DNA of 64,000 nucleotides from Escherichia phage FL38: sequence record PP400784; one strand, written 5' to 3'. Each line of letters starts with the position of its first letter. Position 1 is the stretch's first letter. Positions 36,199 to 46,606 of the stretch are shown one piece after another. A model generated the notes under the pieces. That model was given only the letters and a program-made list of their open reading frames with translations, had not been told where the DNA came from and made no database searches. A program made the position numbers and the translations under genes.

Positions 36199-36199
36199 T

Positions 36200-36778
36200 T
36201 TACCACCTTTCTATAATCTTTTTAAGTCGTTTCCTTTCTGTCTGATTCTTAGTAACACCCGCCAAAAGTTCATCGGTCGCATACGGTTTAATGTGCTTCA
36301 ATAACTTGTCCATATATCCCTTTTCATTAGCCAAATCGAGATAAAACCGGGCGTCATCCATATTTACACAATATGCTTTCGCCACTGCCATTAAAACCAA
36401 TTTTTGGTCCAATTCTTCTGTTAGTTTAGCCCATTTACCGTATCGTTTCCCCTTAGAAATACTCTGTAAGAGATAATCAAAATGCATTTGATCTGGGAGG
36501 CCATGACCGATTAAATTCATCACATACGCGCTATATAGGCAATCTGCGTGCTGGGAAAGAGCGGTGTTAATCCATCTCTGGTTATATGCAGAATTGTTTC
36601 CCACATTAACGCGCTGTTTATCTAAGGTGATATGATCCATCAGAGCAAATAATGCATTGTCGGTTTTCTCGGTGAATGTATCCGCTAATTCAGACACCTT
36701 TTCCCAATCACGAGAGCGCCATGCAATTTCATGCTCGTTTAATTGTGTATCATCTTCACCGAAAAATTGACCTAACAT
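36200..36778 (-). CDS. 62: clamp-loader small subunit (gp62)
   Basis: 192 aa; match to remembered T4 gp62 (QLNEH..AW.S.DW, KRYGKWAKL); between regA and gene 44. Confidence 0.8.
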   Translation of the reverse strand: MLGQFFGEDDTQLNEHEIAWRSRDWEKVSELADTFTEKTDNALFALMDHITLDKQRVNVGNNSAYNQRWINTALSQHADCLYSAYVMNLIGHGLPDQMHFDYLLQSISKGKRYGKWAKLTEELDQKLVLMAVAKAYCVNMDDARFYLDLANEKGYMDKLLKHIKPYATDELLAGVTKNQTERKRLKKIIERW

Positions 36779-37752
36779 TATACGAACTCCAATTCAACCA
36801 TTAATTGCATTAACAAAAAGACAATGTGAATCTCTTTATCAGCCGCGTGCGCAAACATCTGATTATTTTCACCGATAATCTCAGTGAGACGAATAATAGA
36901 AGCTGGCTTAACTTGAGTATACAACTCATTATAAAGTTTCTTGACAAATTGAGCGTATGTATTGGTATATCGCGGCGCAAGTTTACGCACATTAGCAAAC
37001 TGTTTAGTTTTAAGTGCTTCCACCACATCGGTTACTTCGGTATTGCTACTTTCGATAACCATGCTCAATACGCCAGCATCAATTTTACCATGTTTAGCGT
37101 AGCGGTCCAAAAGTTTCATTACGCGTCGGAAGTCTGGGAAGTTCTGTTTAACCAGTTCCGCTAATACGCGCATTTCTTCTACTGGCACACCTTCTTTATC
37201 AAGAATTGCTTTACACCGGACGATCATTTCTTTCATCATGCGAAGCTGATCATCTTTAGTCGGAGATCCAAACGTTATGGGGTCAAATCGAGATCGTAAC
37301 GCTGGGATAATACCTTCTAGATCGTTTGCTGTGATAATGAATGTCACATTGTTTGAGTATGCCTCAGAGAAACTACGCAAGTGTCTTTGAGCGTCAGCCA
37401 ACCCCGCTCGGTCATACTCATCGATAATAACAACTTTGCCTTTTTCTCTTTTTTCTTCATCGAGTGATACACTCTGCGCAAAGCGTGTAATCTCATCGCG
37501 GATAAAATCAATCTTACAATCTGCGCCGTTAACAAACAGATAATCAACACCCACATCTTCGCAAAGCGCCTTAGCAACGGTTGTTTTACCAGTACCCGGC
37601 GATGGGCTATGCAGGATCATAGAAGGGATTCGGCCTTGCTTAACAATCTGCGCGAAGATCTTTTTATCTGCTTCCGGCAGAATACATTCAGAAATTGATT
37701 TCGGACGGTATTTCTGTTCCCACTGAAACTCATTTTCATTAACACTCAGCAT
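36778..37752 (-). CDS. 44: clamp-loader large subunit (gp44), AAA+ ATPase
   Basis: Strong match to remembered T4 gp44 (EQKYRP, ILHSPSPGTGKTTVAKALC, VNG.DCKIDF, Q.SR, NFPDFR); start set to ATG 37752 after GAGAGGTGA. Confidence 0.9.
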   Translation of the reverse strand: MLSVNENEFQWEQKYRPKSISECILPEADKKIFAQIVKQGRIPSMILHSPSPGTGKTTVAKALCEDVGVDYLFVNGADCKIDFIRDEITRFAQSVSLDEEKREKGKVVIIDEYDRAGLADAQRHLRSFSEAYSNNVTFIITANDLEGIIPALRSRFDPITFGSPTKDDQLRMMKEMIVRCKAILDKEGVPVEEMRVLAELVKQNFPDFRRVMKLLDRYAKHGKIDAGVLSMVIESSNTEVTDVVEALKTKQFANVRKLAPRYTNTYAQFVKKLYNELYTQVKPASIIRLTEIIGENNQMFAHAADKEIHIVFLLMQLMVELEFV

Positions 37753-37818
37753 ATAATCACCTCTCACAAATTACATCATTAAAACGGGGAGTATTTTATA
37801 CTCCCCACAAACATTATA

Positions 37819-38508
37819 TTAGTCGGTGTAGCTGGAGTCAAGGTCACACGCGATCATATAAGATACGGTTTCACTTGCCAGCCATACAGCCTTACGGCGA
37901 GTGAAGCTCAGTTTGTAATCGCCGAAGTCAGTAGCAACCAGTTTCATGTTATCTTTACGAATAAAGAAATGGAAGTCTGCGGTTCCGGTATATTCGCCCA
38001 TATCAAGACAAAACATCTCATTAGGATTATTTTTGTCAATCTCTTCCCAACCTTTGATCATCAGACGACCATCAATCGGAAGAAATTCAAGGCGATCCAC
38101 TTTAAGCTGATTGCTCATTTTCATAAGCTGTTTCAGATCGTCATTGCTCAGTTCGTAATCTACATCGCTTGCAGGTGGAGTAACTCGGCCTTTCGGTGAT
38201 ACGATAGCAGCAGCACTAGCACCAGGGTAATTAATTTTCAGACGATCATTAGACACACGAATGTTACCAGTGCGGTCATCAACCGTAATATCTGCTTCAT
38301 CGCCTACCAGATTCAGAATACCCAAGAAAGAGTTAAGATCATAGATCCCAATTTCGTGTTCCAGTTCTTGATTCAGAGTCGCTTCACCATATACAACGTT
38401 TGTCATGTTTTTGGTGATCAGGACGTTTCCTTTTTTCAGGATGATACCTGGGTTAATAGCGGAAAAGTTTTTCAGGGTAGCAATGGTTTCTTTAGTCAGT
38501 TTCATCAA
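37819..38508 (-). CDS. 45: sliding clamp (gp45)
   Basis: 229 aa (T4 gp45 is 228); N-terminus LTKETIATLKNF..INPGI resembles T4 gp45; between 44 and rpbA. Confidence 0.85.
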   Translation of the reverse strand: MMKLTKETIATLKNFSAINPGIILKKGNVLITKNMTNVVYGEATLNQELEHEIGIYDLNSFLGILNLVGDEADITVDDRTGNIRVSNDRLKINYPGASAAAIVSPKGRVTPPASDVDYELSNDDLKQLMKMSNQLKVDRLEFLPIDGRLMIKGWEEIDKNNPNEMFCLDMGEYTGTADFHFFIRKDNMKLVATDFGDYKLSFTRRKAVWLASETVSYMIACDLDSSYTD

Positions 38509-38535
38509 ATCACCTTTATCATGTTAATCAATTAA

Positions 38536-38934
38536 TTACGGGTTTACTGCGTGTTCGTTACGAATCTTGAGCATTTTGTTTTGGAAGTTTTCCGCAGCTT
38601 GCTCATCAATAGCATGAGTATACTTAAATCCAATGTATGCTGTCAAGTATTGTTGCAGAGCATAGACAGTAACAGGATTCTTTGCGGTCTTCTTGCCTTC
38701 GAGATATATCAGATCACCACGAACATCAAACGCAAGTTTACGACGAATCACATTATCAACAAACTCATCAACAACAAAATGCCAAATGTTGCTATCGGTT
38801 CCAATATCAAAATTAATCACACAGCCTTGTTTGACATAATCAAACGGTATCGGGAATAGTTTATAGTCAAGTTCGATAAACATTAATTGTTCTTTTAAGC
38901 TCATACGTTTCATTCTATCACTTCCCATCAGCAA
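38536..38934 (-). CDS. hypothetical protein, 132 aa (rpbA position)
   Basis: Position between gene 45 and gene 46 and similar size to T4 RpbA; no sequence confirmation. Confidence 0.35.
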   Translation of the reverse strand: MLMGSDRMKRMSLKEQLMFIELDYKLFPIPFDYVKQGCVINFDIGTDSNIWHFVVDEFVDNVIRRKLAFDVRGDLIYLEGKKTAKNPVTVYALQQYLTAYIGFKYTHAIDEQAAENFQNKMLKIRNEHAVNP

Positions 38935-39310
38935 TTGCGATTAGACGAGTTACTACTACGCTAGCGGCTTCAATCAGCAGTTCATCAGTATCAATCTGAT
39001 AACCCTTTTCGAGAATATCTTTACCTCGAATAGTTTTAGCGCCTTTAGCAATTGAATCATCGTAATACTTGCGCATTGCCGCGATCCATTCTTTTTGCAC
39101 CATATCATCAATATGCGCGTACAGTTCAAAGCGTGCTTGCTGCGGGATAACCTTCATTTTAGCTTTCTCGCTTTCCGGCATTTGTAGTACCCACGCTTTA
39201 CGGATCTTGTTCATTGCTCGGTCAAATTCGAGACTGGTTTTCTTGTTCTGAATGTCTGCTACAGTAATTTTAGCCAGGTTTGCGGAAGTAGTCATAATAT
39301 TAATCTCCAA
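38918..39310 (-). CDS. hypothetical protein, 130 aa
   Basis: Track ORF. Confidence 0.35.
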   Translation of the reverse strand: MEINIMTTSANLAKITVADIQNKKTSLEFDRAMNKIRKAWVLQMPESEKAKMKVIPQQARFELYAHIDDMVQKEWIAAMRKYYDDSIAKGAKTIRGKDILEKGYQIDTDELLIEAASVVVTRLIAIADGK

Positions 39311-39325
39311 AATAAAATCAGTATA

Positions 39326-39556
39326 TCACGTTCTAAAGTTTGTTGCAACCCCAGCATCAGGGTAATCAAGTTTATCAAAGTTTGGGACCAGCATAAACTC
39401 ATGATGACGACAAGACAACATTTTTGTTATGTCTTCATCGCTGTATATGCTGTTTTTCATATCCCCCATACTAACTACATATTCTTCACCGGAATATAGA
39501 TTGATTAAGGTATACAATTCTAACTCCGGCTGCGTTACTCTGTCAAATGTTAACAT
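39326..39556 (-). CDS. hypothetical protein, 76 aa
   Basis: Track ORF; overlaps the gene 46 stop. Confidence 0.3.
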   Translation of the reverse strand: MLTFDRVTQPELELYTLINLYSGEEYVVSMGDMKNSIYSDEDITKMLSCRHHEFMLVPNFDKLDYPDAGVATNFRT

Positions 39557-41225
39557 TCATTTCAGTGAATCGCCCACGTTTAACCATCTTGAGATGACGG
39601 CTAAAATCATCAGGGTTATGGTCACGATGGCTGATAATATACACGTTATCATCTAACTTGTCAATGATGGAATCAAGTGCTTTTACGCCTTGAACGTCCG
39701 TAGCCCCATCATAAATTTCGTCGAGTACCAACAAAGAAATGTTAGTACCAGATACTTTACCAGCAACATCACGCCATGTAAAGAGCATCGCAAGGTCAAT
39801 ACGTGCTTTTTCGCCTTGACTGAACGATGTATACGAAAACGATTCACGCCCCCGTGATTTGATTGTTTCGTTAAACTCTTCATCTAGCGTAAAGATATAA
39901 TCCGCTTCCATGATATCAAGATAATACGCAATCCGATCATTGAAATATGGAATATATTTCTTGACGATAGACGCCTTAACACCGGAATCCTTCAACATTT
40001 CTGTTACAAATCCACGGTGATATTTTTCAAGAACTAGCTTTGATTTTTCATTAGTAATCTCTACCAGTTCGTGTTCCAGTTTAGCAAGTTCTTCGGAATT
40101 GTCAACCCTTTCTTTTTGTAATTCCTGAATTGCTTTCTGGATCTGTTTAGCCCGACCTACAGATGCCGTTAAATTCGCTCTCTGTGACTCTATAGCGCGT
40201 TTAATTTCCAAGACCTTAGTTTGTGCTGTCTGGAAAGAATTGGCTTTCTCTGCGTATTCTACGCGTTTCTCGTCAATAAGAGACAGTTTATGTTCGGCTT
40301 GTGCTTTTTGTTCGCGTACAGCCTGATCATTACCCTGAATGATCGGTTGTGTGCACGTAGGACAGATCCCGCCTTTCTCGTGCATATGGATAACACGGTC
40401 AAAGTTCTGGATCTGCGCACCAATCTGTGCGATAGCAGTATTAATTTTAGCCAATGCTGCGCTAGGATCTTCCGGCATAACAACAGACAATAGCTCATCG
40501 GTCAAGCGCGTTTCTTCGGCTTTAAACGCTTTAGCTGATTCTACTTCTTTCTCGTACATATTCTGCAAACGCTGTAGATTCTCGGCACTCGCCTTGCTAG
40601 CGTCTTCTATGTACTTTTTATGAGTGTTGATTTGTTGCTGAACGTGATTAGCTTTCATTTCCTGCATTTGGATATTCTGGGTTATCTCGCGCACATACGC
40701 TTTATTCAGTTTATCCATTTCACCTAGCGTAGCAATATCTAACAGGTCTTCTACCAGTTTACGGCGACCCGCTGCCGGAAGACTCATAAACGGAACATAA
40801 CCAGCAGTGCCTAAAACAACGATCTGTTTGAAGCTGGCTAGGTTCATTCCTATGATACCTTCAAAATATTCCTGAAAGTCTTTGGTGCTTGCGCTCTCGT
40901 CGATCTTTTGACCGTCGCGATGCACTTCGAATACTTCCGGTTTTTGACCACGTTTGATATAAAACTCTTTCCCGTCCAGTTCAAACCAGACTTCGACTAA
41001 CAGTTTCTTTTTGTTGACGCTGTTAATCAATTGGCCTTTCTTGATACTACGAAACGGTTTACCGAACAACACAAAGCAAAGCGCCTCGATCATTGTTGAT
41101 TTACCAGCACCGTTAACACCAGTGATTAGTGTCTTTTTGAATCCGTCTAGCTGAATCTCTACAGGTTCAGCACCCACGCTCATTATATTTTGATAGCGCA
41201 AGGTTTTAAAATTTAACTTTGCCAT
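39543..41225 (-). CDS. 46: recombination endonuclease subunit gp46 (SbcC/Rad50-like ATPase)
   Basis: Colinear match to remembered T4 gp46 (YQNIMSVG, KTLITG.NG.GKSTM.EA, IKRGQKP, QIVVLGTAGY.PFM, EKYHRG, MEADY.FTLDEEFNETIKSRGRE.FSY.SFSQGEKARID); start set to ATG 41225. Confidence 0.9.
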   Translation of the reverse strand: MAKLNFKTLRYQNIMSVGAEPVEIQLDGFKKTLITGVNGAGKSTMIEALCFVLFGKPFRSIKKGQLINSVNKKKLLVEVWFELDGKEFYIKRGQKPEVFEVHRDGQKIDESASTKDFQEYFEGIIGMNLASFKQIVVLGTAGYVPFMSLPAAGRRKLVEDLLDIATLGEMDKLNKAYVREITQNIQMQEMKANHVQQQINTHKKYIEDASKASAENLQRLQNMYEKEVESAKAFKAEETRLTDELLSVVMPEDPSAALAKINTAIAQIGAQIQNFDRVIHMHEKGGICPTCTQPIIQGNDQAVREQKAQAEHKLSLIDEKRVEYAEKANSFQTAQTKVLEIKRAIESQRANLTASVGRAKQIQKAIQELQKERVDNSEELAKLEHELVEITNEKSKLVLEKYHRGFVTEMLKDSGVKASIVKKYIPYFNDRIAYYLDIMEADYIFTLDEEFNETIKSRGRESFSYTSFSQGEKARIDLAMLFTWRDVAGKVSGTNISLLVLDEIYDGATDVQGVKALDSIIDKLDDNVYIISHRDHNPDDFSRHLKMVKRGRFTEMNVNI

Positions 41226-41469
41226 TAATCCACTCCGCAATCACACATTCCATAATATTAAATGCTAACACATCTTCATCAATGTTGTAAACACTTGCCG
41301 CCTTCACTTTAACTAATGTGTCTCTGCGATCTGGCAACATGATCACATAATCCAGTGTCGCAGGATCATATGTCATAAAGGGATCAACATAAATCCCTTT
41401 ATTCAATGCCAGATATTCGCGAAGACCTTCTATAACCCTGTGTCTAAGGTAGGTCATCGATAGAATCAT
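41206..41469 (-). CDS. hypothetical protein, 87 aa
   Basis: Track ORF. Confidence 0.35.
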   Translation of the reverse strand: MILSMTYLRHRVIEGLREYLALNKGIYVDPFMTYDPATLDYVIMLPDRRDTLVKVKAASVYNIDEDVLAFNIMECVIAEWINGKVKF

Positions 41470-42062
41470 TTTAGTTTATGTTCCTCTAAAAATTCTTCAA
41501 TTTCACCTTGCAGGTCTTCCGCTTGCTGTTCCAGAATATCGCGAAATTCACCTACAGTCAAGCGGTAATCACATTTCACCAGTCGATGCGGGAGAATATA
41601 CCCTTTATACATTGTCTCTGACGCTTCCAGGAATACCCCACTATGCATGACAGAGATCCAACCTGTTAACGTCAATGGAGTATTCGGAAAATAATACTTG
41701 CTGGATTGTTTCCACTGTACGAAAGCACCATATACAATCGGATTATATTCACCAACCACACTCTTAATAATGGATTCTACTTTGTCTTTTACAAAGTCGC
41801 CAATGTCCATAGTTACCATCAAATCCTGTGGATGAATCACTTTAAGGTAACGACGATAACCGTCATCATACCACATCTTAACCACTGGCGGACCCCACAT
41901 TTTAGCAATACTCGCTTTCAGATAGCCATAGATCGGATTCTTGCAATGTGATTGTTTTAGTGTGTATGTGTGCACCAATTTAATAAAATGTTCCATTACC
42001 AACAAATCAGAATCAGCCGCGACCATAGTCGTATTCATAATATGTTCCTCGTTCAATCTCAT
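41466..42062 (-). CDS. hypothetical protein, 198 aa
   Basis: Track ORF. Confidence 0.35.
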   Translation of the reverse strand: MRLNEEHIMNTTMVAADSDLLVMEHFIKLVHTYTLKQSHCKNPIYGYLKASIAKMWGPPVVKMWYDDGYRRYLKVIHPQDLMVTMDIGDFVKDKVESIIKSVVGEYNPIVYGAFVQWKQSSKYYFPNTPLTLTGWISVMHSGVFLEASETMYKGYILPHRLVKCDYRLTVGEFRDILEQQAEDLQGEIEEFLEEHKLK

Positions 42063-42330
42063 ATTGTTTCAGGTCTTCTAAAAGTTCATCCACTGCTTGT
42101 TTCAGTACATGACGCAGCGTAAAGTAATAGCTTTCATCAAATTCTATTTCCGCGCGAGGAATAGAGCGAAACTTACACTTAACGGTAGTATCAGTGAGTC
42201 GCTTTTCGACCATCATCCGAACTTCTTCATGCTCTTTGGAATACCATACATCAACGGAGATCCCCTTACGTCGAGCAAACATAGGCAATGCCTCATTAAA
42301 TTCCATTACCTTTTGTGCAAGTGTTTTCAT
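42013..42330 (-). CDS. hypothetical protein, 105 aa
   Basis: Track ORF; overlaps 41466..42062 by about 50 nt, so the true start may be internal. Confidence 0.3.
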   Translation of the reverse strand: MKTLAQKVMEFNEALPMFARRKGISVDVWYSKEHEEVRMMVEKRLTDTTVKCKFRSIPRAEIEFDESYYFTLRHVLKQAVDELLEDLKQYEIERGTYYEYDYGRG

Positions 42331-42578
42331 CGTACAGACCCCATAGATCCACGCGCAATAACATTCTGGGTAATATCAGCAACCTTACGGGATACGATGT
42401 TTGTTAGCCCCTCTTTGGTGATATTTTCACGATCAAATGGGATTTCGTCATGAGTCCACAAACCATAGTTAGATCGAAATGATAGCATATACTGACCATC
42501 TCGCACAACCTCAAATACATGGATCTTAGTGAATTTCGATAAACCTTCGTTGATTTCTTTCAATGCATTAGTAATCAT
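42327..42578 (-). CDS. hypothetical protein, about 83 aa
   Basis: Start moved to ATG 42578 (GGAGG upstream); own promoter. Confidence 0.3.
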   Translation of the reverse strand: MITNALKEINEGLSKFTKIHVFEVVRDGQYMLSFRSNYGLWTHDEIPFDRENITKEGLTNIVSRKVADITQNVIARGSMGSVR

Positions 42579-42603
42579 AACAACCTCCAATCAATTTTTA
42601 GAG

Positions 42604-42632
42604 AGTATAACGGGGATTTCTCCCCGCGTCAA
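42604..42632 (-). promoter_or_regulatory. early promoter TTGACG-[CGGGGA-gaaa-TCCCCG]-TATACT, palindromic spacer
   Basis: Starts directly after the gp47 stop; drives 42327..42578. Confidence 0.55.
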
Positions 42633-43658
42633 CTAACTTTTTGCGCTATTTACCTCGGCTAAAAGTTCATCAGAAATACGCTTGACCGCCGCAAGTTCTT
42701 CCGGTTCTAGGTTTTGTTCTTCCAGATATTCATATACCATCTGAATAGTGCTTTTAACTTCAATAACACCTGTTTCCTGTGATGCGCTACTCTCCAGTTT
42801 ATGGACCACTTTTAGCTTGTGTACAACGGCCTCTAACGCGCTTTCTAACTTAGTTAACCCATTATCAGCAACCGTTGCAATAAGACGCACACTAAGCCCC
42901 TTAAAGCGTTCTACATCGATTTTATCATCTGACGGGTAAGTGATACGCACATGATAAGTTTTGTCATTCTGGATAAACTCTTTTTTGTGTGTATCGGTAT
43001 CGAATACCCAAAACCCACGCGGATCGTTTTCGTCACCCGCCGTTAGTGTGTATGGTGTACCGATATACGTTACATTACCGCCATCGCTGATAGTATGAAA
43101 ATGACCGGAAAACACTTCACGGTATTTCTTGAGGAAGTCCGCGCTATAACCTTCGGATTTTAGCCCTTTATAGAAATAGTAACCGGACAATTCCCAATGG
43201 CCTACACAATATTCGCTGAATGAGTTTTGAATAAACTCTAAAATCTCTGATTTATTGTCATCACAAAACCACGGGAACAGATCAAATGATACACCATCAA
43301 AGGTAACTGTTTCCGGTTTATCGATAACCTTAATGCAATCATACTGGCTTAACACTTCACGCGGTGCGTTAGGCTGGATCTTGTTTCGTTTAAACATATC
43401 ATGGTTCCCGACCGTGATATAACAAGTAATTCCAGCCTCTTCCAGTAATGGGATGACCTTAGTACGGTTAAATTTCATGGTTTCATGGGTAATTGCTTTT
43501 CGGCAATCAAACCAATCCCCTGTTTGAATCCATGTCTTAATATTATGCTCTTTGGAGTATTCAACCGCCTTCTTGATGGTATCAAGAATATACTCATGCA
43601 CCCACGGATCATCGCCACCGATACCAGTATGCAGATCACCTAAAAGCAAAATTTTCAT
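42633..43658 (-). CDS. 47: recombination endonuclease subunit gp47 (SbcD/Mre11-like phosphoesterase)
   Basis: 341 aa; MKILLLGDLH metallophosphoesterase N-terminus, GNHD motif; adjacent to gene 46. Confidence 0.85.
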   Translation of the reverse strand: MKILLLGDLHTGIGGDDPWVHEYILDTIKKAVEYSKEHNIKTWIQTGDWFDCRKAITHETMKFNRTKVIPLLEEAGITCYITVGNHDMFKRNKIQPNAPREVLSQYDCIKVIDKPETVTFDGVSFDLFPWFCDDNKSEILEFIQNSFSEYCVGHWELSGYYFYKGLKSEGYSADFLKKYREVFSGHFHTISDGGNVTYIGTPYTLTAGDENDPRGFWVFDTDTHKKEFIQNDKTYHVRITYPSDDKIDVERFKGLSVRLIATVADNGLTKLESALEAVVHKLKVVHKLESSASQETGVIEVKSTIQMVYEYLEEQNLEPEELAAVKRISDELLAEVNSAKS

Positions 43659-43748
43659 AGTCTCTTCCTCTCTTCGTTTTCGATGCTCTCACTATATCAC
43701 AGAAAAATAAAAAGGGAAACCCCTTTCAGAGTCTCCCTTATAAAGCCA

Positions 43749-44036
43749 TTACAGCATACTTAATACCGTTTGCCGTGTACTAATCCACATAGCAGAAAGC
43801 AGTTCTGGCGTGTGTGGCTGTTTGTAGATATCACGTAACTTTCCGATAGCGTAGATATACGCATCACGGTTATCATCGATGATAGCTTGTTCAGCCCACC
43901 GCTTAAGGCGTGCAATCTCTCGCGAGTTCTTACGCAAGATCTTTTCCGCTTTCTTAGCGGCTTTAGCCTCTAGTTCTGCTTGTACTTTGTCTACTTCATT
44001 CACTGCAATCTGGTCATGCTGTTCATTGCAAGTCAT
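43749..44036 (-). CDS. hypothetical protein, 95 aa
   Basis: Track ORF in the region where T4 has alpha-gt. Confidence 0.3.
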   Translation of the reverse strand: MTCNEQHDQIAVNEVDKVQAELEAKAAKKAEKILRKNSREIARLKRWAEQAIIDDNRDAYIYAIGKLRDIYKQPHTPELLSAMWISTRQTVLSML

Positions 44037-44037
44037 A

Positions 44038-44271
44038 TTATTTTACCTCTGGGATATAATCAATTATTAAAGAAAATTCATCTTCTGATACATTATAGCT
44101 ATGTGAGATTGTACCCGTAAAGACCTCAAGATCCGGTGATTTGATATTGCACGGATCGATAATCACCGGAACGCCGCAATCTCTCAAAAATAATTTGGCG
44201 AAATACGGCACAAGGTCAGTTTCAAACTCTGCTTCTTCCAGCAAACGGGAAATGTTAATTTTCAATCTCAT
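44038..44271 (-). CDS. hypothetical protein, 77 aa
   Basis: Track ORF. Confidence 0.3.
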   Translation of the reverse strand: MRLKINISRLLEEAEFETDLVPYFAKLFLRDCGVPVIIDPCNIKSPDLEVFTGTISHSYNVSEDEFSLIIDYIPEVK

Positions 44272-44788
44272 AAAATTGGTCCAAGCTAGGCAATTCCTCG
44301 GTCAATACATCTTCAACCTTTGGCGCTTTCGGTTTATTGACCGATTCCTCGTAGTTGTTGATTTTATCGTAAATGTCCTGTATGAATGCCTCATCAGCAA
44401 TCTGGCACATATCAGCGTCGCGTTCGTCATATACATGATGCACAAAATATTTGTATTTTGCGGCTGTCGCTGTTCTCTCTTTTTTAATGCGCTGTACAAA
44501 AGCATTAAAGCACGCTTGCGTGATGTAAGCATGAGGATTTTTATACTTTGTCTCGTCAAAATTAATCAAACCCTTGACCGCCGCTTCGATTCCGTCGTCG
44601 ATCATTTCTTCGCGCCACGTTTGACTATAACCAGAAAAGTTAAAACGACGTGATAGATTTTTAGAGATTTGCATAATTGCTAGGCCGATTTGATCGCTCA
44701 TTGGAACTTGCCGACCTTCTGCTGCAATTTGTTGTTTCCAACGGCAAATTTCTTCGTAAAGCTCTTTATTGTTTACATAATCAGACAC
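44255..44788 (-). CDS. 55: late-transcription sigma factor gp55
   Basis: 177 aa; match to remembered T4 gp55 (YVNNKEL...I..W near the N-terminus); position after gene 47. Confidence 0.85.
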   Translation of the reverse strand: MSDYVNNKELYEEICRWKQQIAAEGRQVPMSDQIGLAIMQISKNLSRRFNFSGYSQTWREEMIDDGIEAAVKGLINFDETKYKNPHAYITQACFNAFVQRIKKERTATAAKYKYFVHHVYDERDADMCQIADEAFIQDIYDKINNYEESVNKPKAPKVEDVLTEELPSLDQFYEIEN

Positions 44789-44828
44789 TTCGCACCCTCG
44801 CTATTATTTAGGAAATAACCCTTTCGGG

Positions 44829-46298
44829 CTATTCCCCATTACCATTATACTTTCTTTGCTTAGTTATCCACACTCTAACCATCTCTACAGATTCGCCGTC
44901 AGACGGATCAAGAGTTTTTCCTTTTTTCTTCATGCGGTACTTAAATCCGTTAAATCTTGCATTCTCTTGCTCGTTAAAGTCGAACATCTTTTTAAATGAT
45001 TTTCGCCCTTTACGTTCACCACATTCTAGCGGAATCATTCGATCTGTTATTACATTGGCATTAGGCAGAAACGTTTTTAGATAATCCACCAACGCCCAAT
45101 CAGGAACATATAGATTAACATTCTCCTTGCTCTCGTTGTCTCTCAGGTTACAACGCAAACATAATTGAAATGCTGGTTCCAGATAATCAGACACATGACG
45201 CGCTTTCAAAAACTCGTTTGTCGGGAGATCACAACTATTAGCAAGACCTTTTAAAATATCAATCTCCCATCGTTGAGGGTTAAAGCTGAACATCACAGCA
45301 ACATTTTTATGATGAATGTAAGAGTTAAGACCATAAGACCCGTAAGGTATCCGCTCACCAATACCATTTGTACACGCTTCACGGTCCCGATTCACGGTAT
45401 AAATGAAGTCATCGCCACATTCATTTTTAACCATATCAACAAGACGTTCAAAGGTATTGTTTGTTTCTGACTGGTGACGCGACCATCGTTCAGAGTCCGT
45501 CATAAGGATGATATTAACTCTATCTGTATTTTTATACTCTTTGAAATATAGTCTGGATTCTAGCGCACTCGGAACAAAATCGCAATTTGCATAGTATCGT
45601 AGATACTTCCCACTATATGTATCAAAGAGATTTGCACATGCTATCGTAACCTTTTTAAAGTCTCCCCACGTACCGTGTTTGTTATCGTTCAAGAAAACAA
45701 TTTTCGACCCATTCTTCCGGTGTCCTTCGTTATGTTTTACCATAACGTTGATTTTCTTCTCTAATAACGCCTCATAAAGCCCTCTAAGAGAAGAATCGAT
45801 CATATCAGTACCATCCTTCGCACTTTCTATCTTTTCTTTGATAGCGGCCTTCTCAGAGTCTTTTAGAACTAAGTTCTGTAGGCATTCCGATTCGTCGGCG
45901 ATTGGTTCGCAATGCTTCGTGATAAGTTCAAGATTAGACTTAAACGGATACTCATTAAATTCAACCAGTTGAGGAACTTCATCAATGTAAAGAGCATAAT
46001 CACCAAACATTTTTGAACGTTCCATATTAGATAACGCTGTATGTGTAATGAATATCACATCAGCACCATCTTTAACTGATTGCATTATCGACGCTTGCAC
46101 TGTCTTAAGGCTTCTTAGTCTTGTGCTATCAATCAAGACAGCACGACCGCCCATTCTTTTAAACTTATTGTAAGATTGTTCACTTAAAACACGAGATGGC
46201 GAAGCAATAACCGCTTTTTCTTTTGTCTCTAGGACGTGGGAAAGTATAGCATCAGTTTTCCCCGCCGCTGGCAATGCGATTAATGTTTCAATCTTCAT
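44829..46298 (-). CDS. P-loop NTPase of unknown function, 489 aa
   Basis: ATG 46298 with AAGGG upstream; Walker A LPAAGKTD at residues 9-16, motif-Ia-like SPSRVL, Walker B/DExx YIDEVP about 95 aa later; no canonical helicase motifs beyond that. Confidence 0.5.
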   Translation of the reverse strand: MKIETLIALPAAGKTDAILSHVLETKEKAVIASPSRVLSEQSYNKFKRMGGRAVLIDSTRLRSLKTVQASIMQSVKDGADVIFITHTALSNMERSKMFGDYALYIDEVPQLVEFNEYPFKSNLELITKHCEPIADESECLQNLVLKDSEKAAIKEKIESAKDGTDMIDSSLRGLYEALLEKKINVMVKHNEGHRKNGSKIVFLNDNKHGTWGDFKKVTIACANLFDTYSGKYLRYYANCDFVPSALESRLYFKEYKNTDRVNIILMTDSERWSRHQSETNNTFERLVDMVKNECGDDFIYTVNRDREACTNGIGERIPYGSYGLNSYIHHKNVAVMFSFNPQRWEIDILKGLANSCDLPTNEFLKARHVSDYLEPAFQLCLRCNLRDNESKENVNLYVPDWALVDYLKTFLPNANVITDRMIPLECGERKGRKSFKKMFDFNEQENARFNGFKYRMKKKGKTLDPSDGESVEMVRVWITKQRKYNGNGE

Positions 46299-46585
46299 TA
46301 GAAACCCTTACGTCGTGCTTTCTGGCATTTCTTGATCATTTTATCAGAAATTTCGCGCTTAGGTGCAATCTCTTTCACACCGAAAGCACTAATGCCAAAT
46401 TCAGAGAGAATATATTCAACCAACAATTCACGCACACGCGCTTTACCGATATTCACGCCGTTATTTTTCAGATATGTCTGGCCTTCGACTTGCATCAGAT
46501 CTAAATCTGCGTCGGTAATATTGATTTCTTCCATGCGCCCAAATCGAGAATAAACCATGTGTGCGATTGCATTGTGTACTAACAT
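46298..46585 (-). CDS. hypothetical protein, about 95 aa
   Basis: Start moved to ATG 46585 (GAGGA upstream); track start is TTG. Confidence 0.35.
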   Translation of the reverse strand: MLVHNAIAHMVYSRFGRMEEINITDADLDLMQVEGQTYLKNNGVNIGKARVRELLVEYILSEFGISAFGVKEIAPKREISDKMIKKCQKARRKGF

Positions 46586-46606
46586 AATATATTCCTCACT
46601 CAAGAA

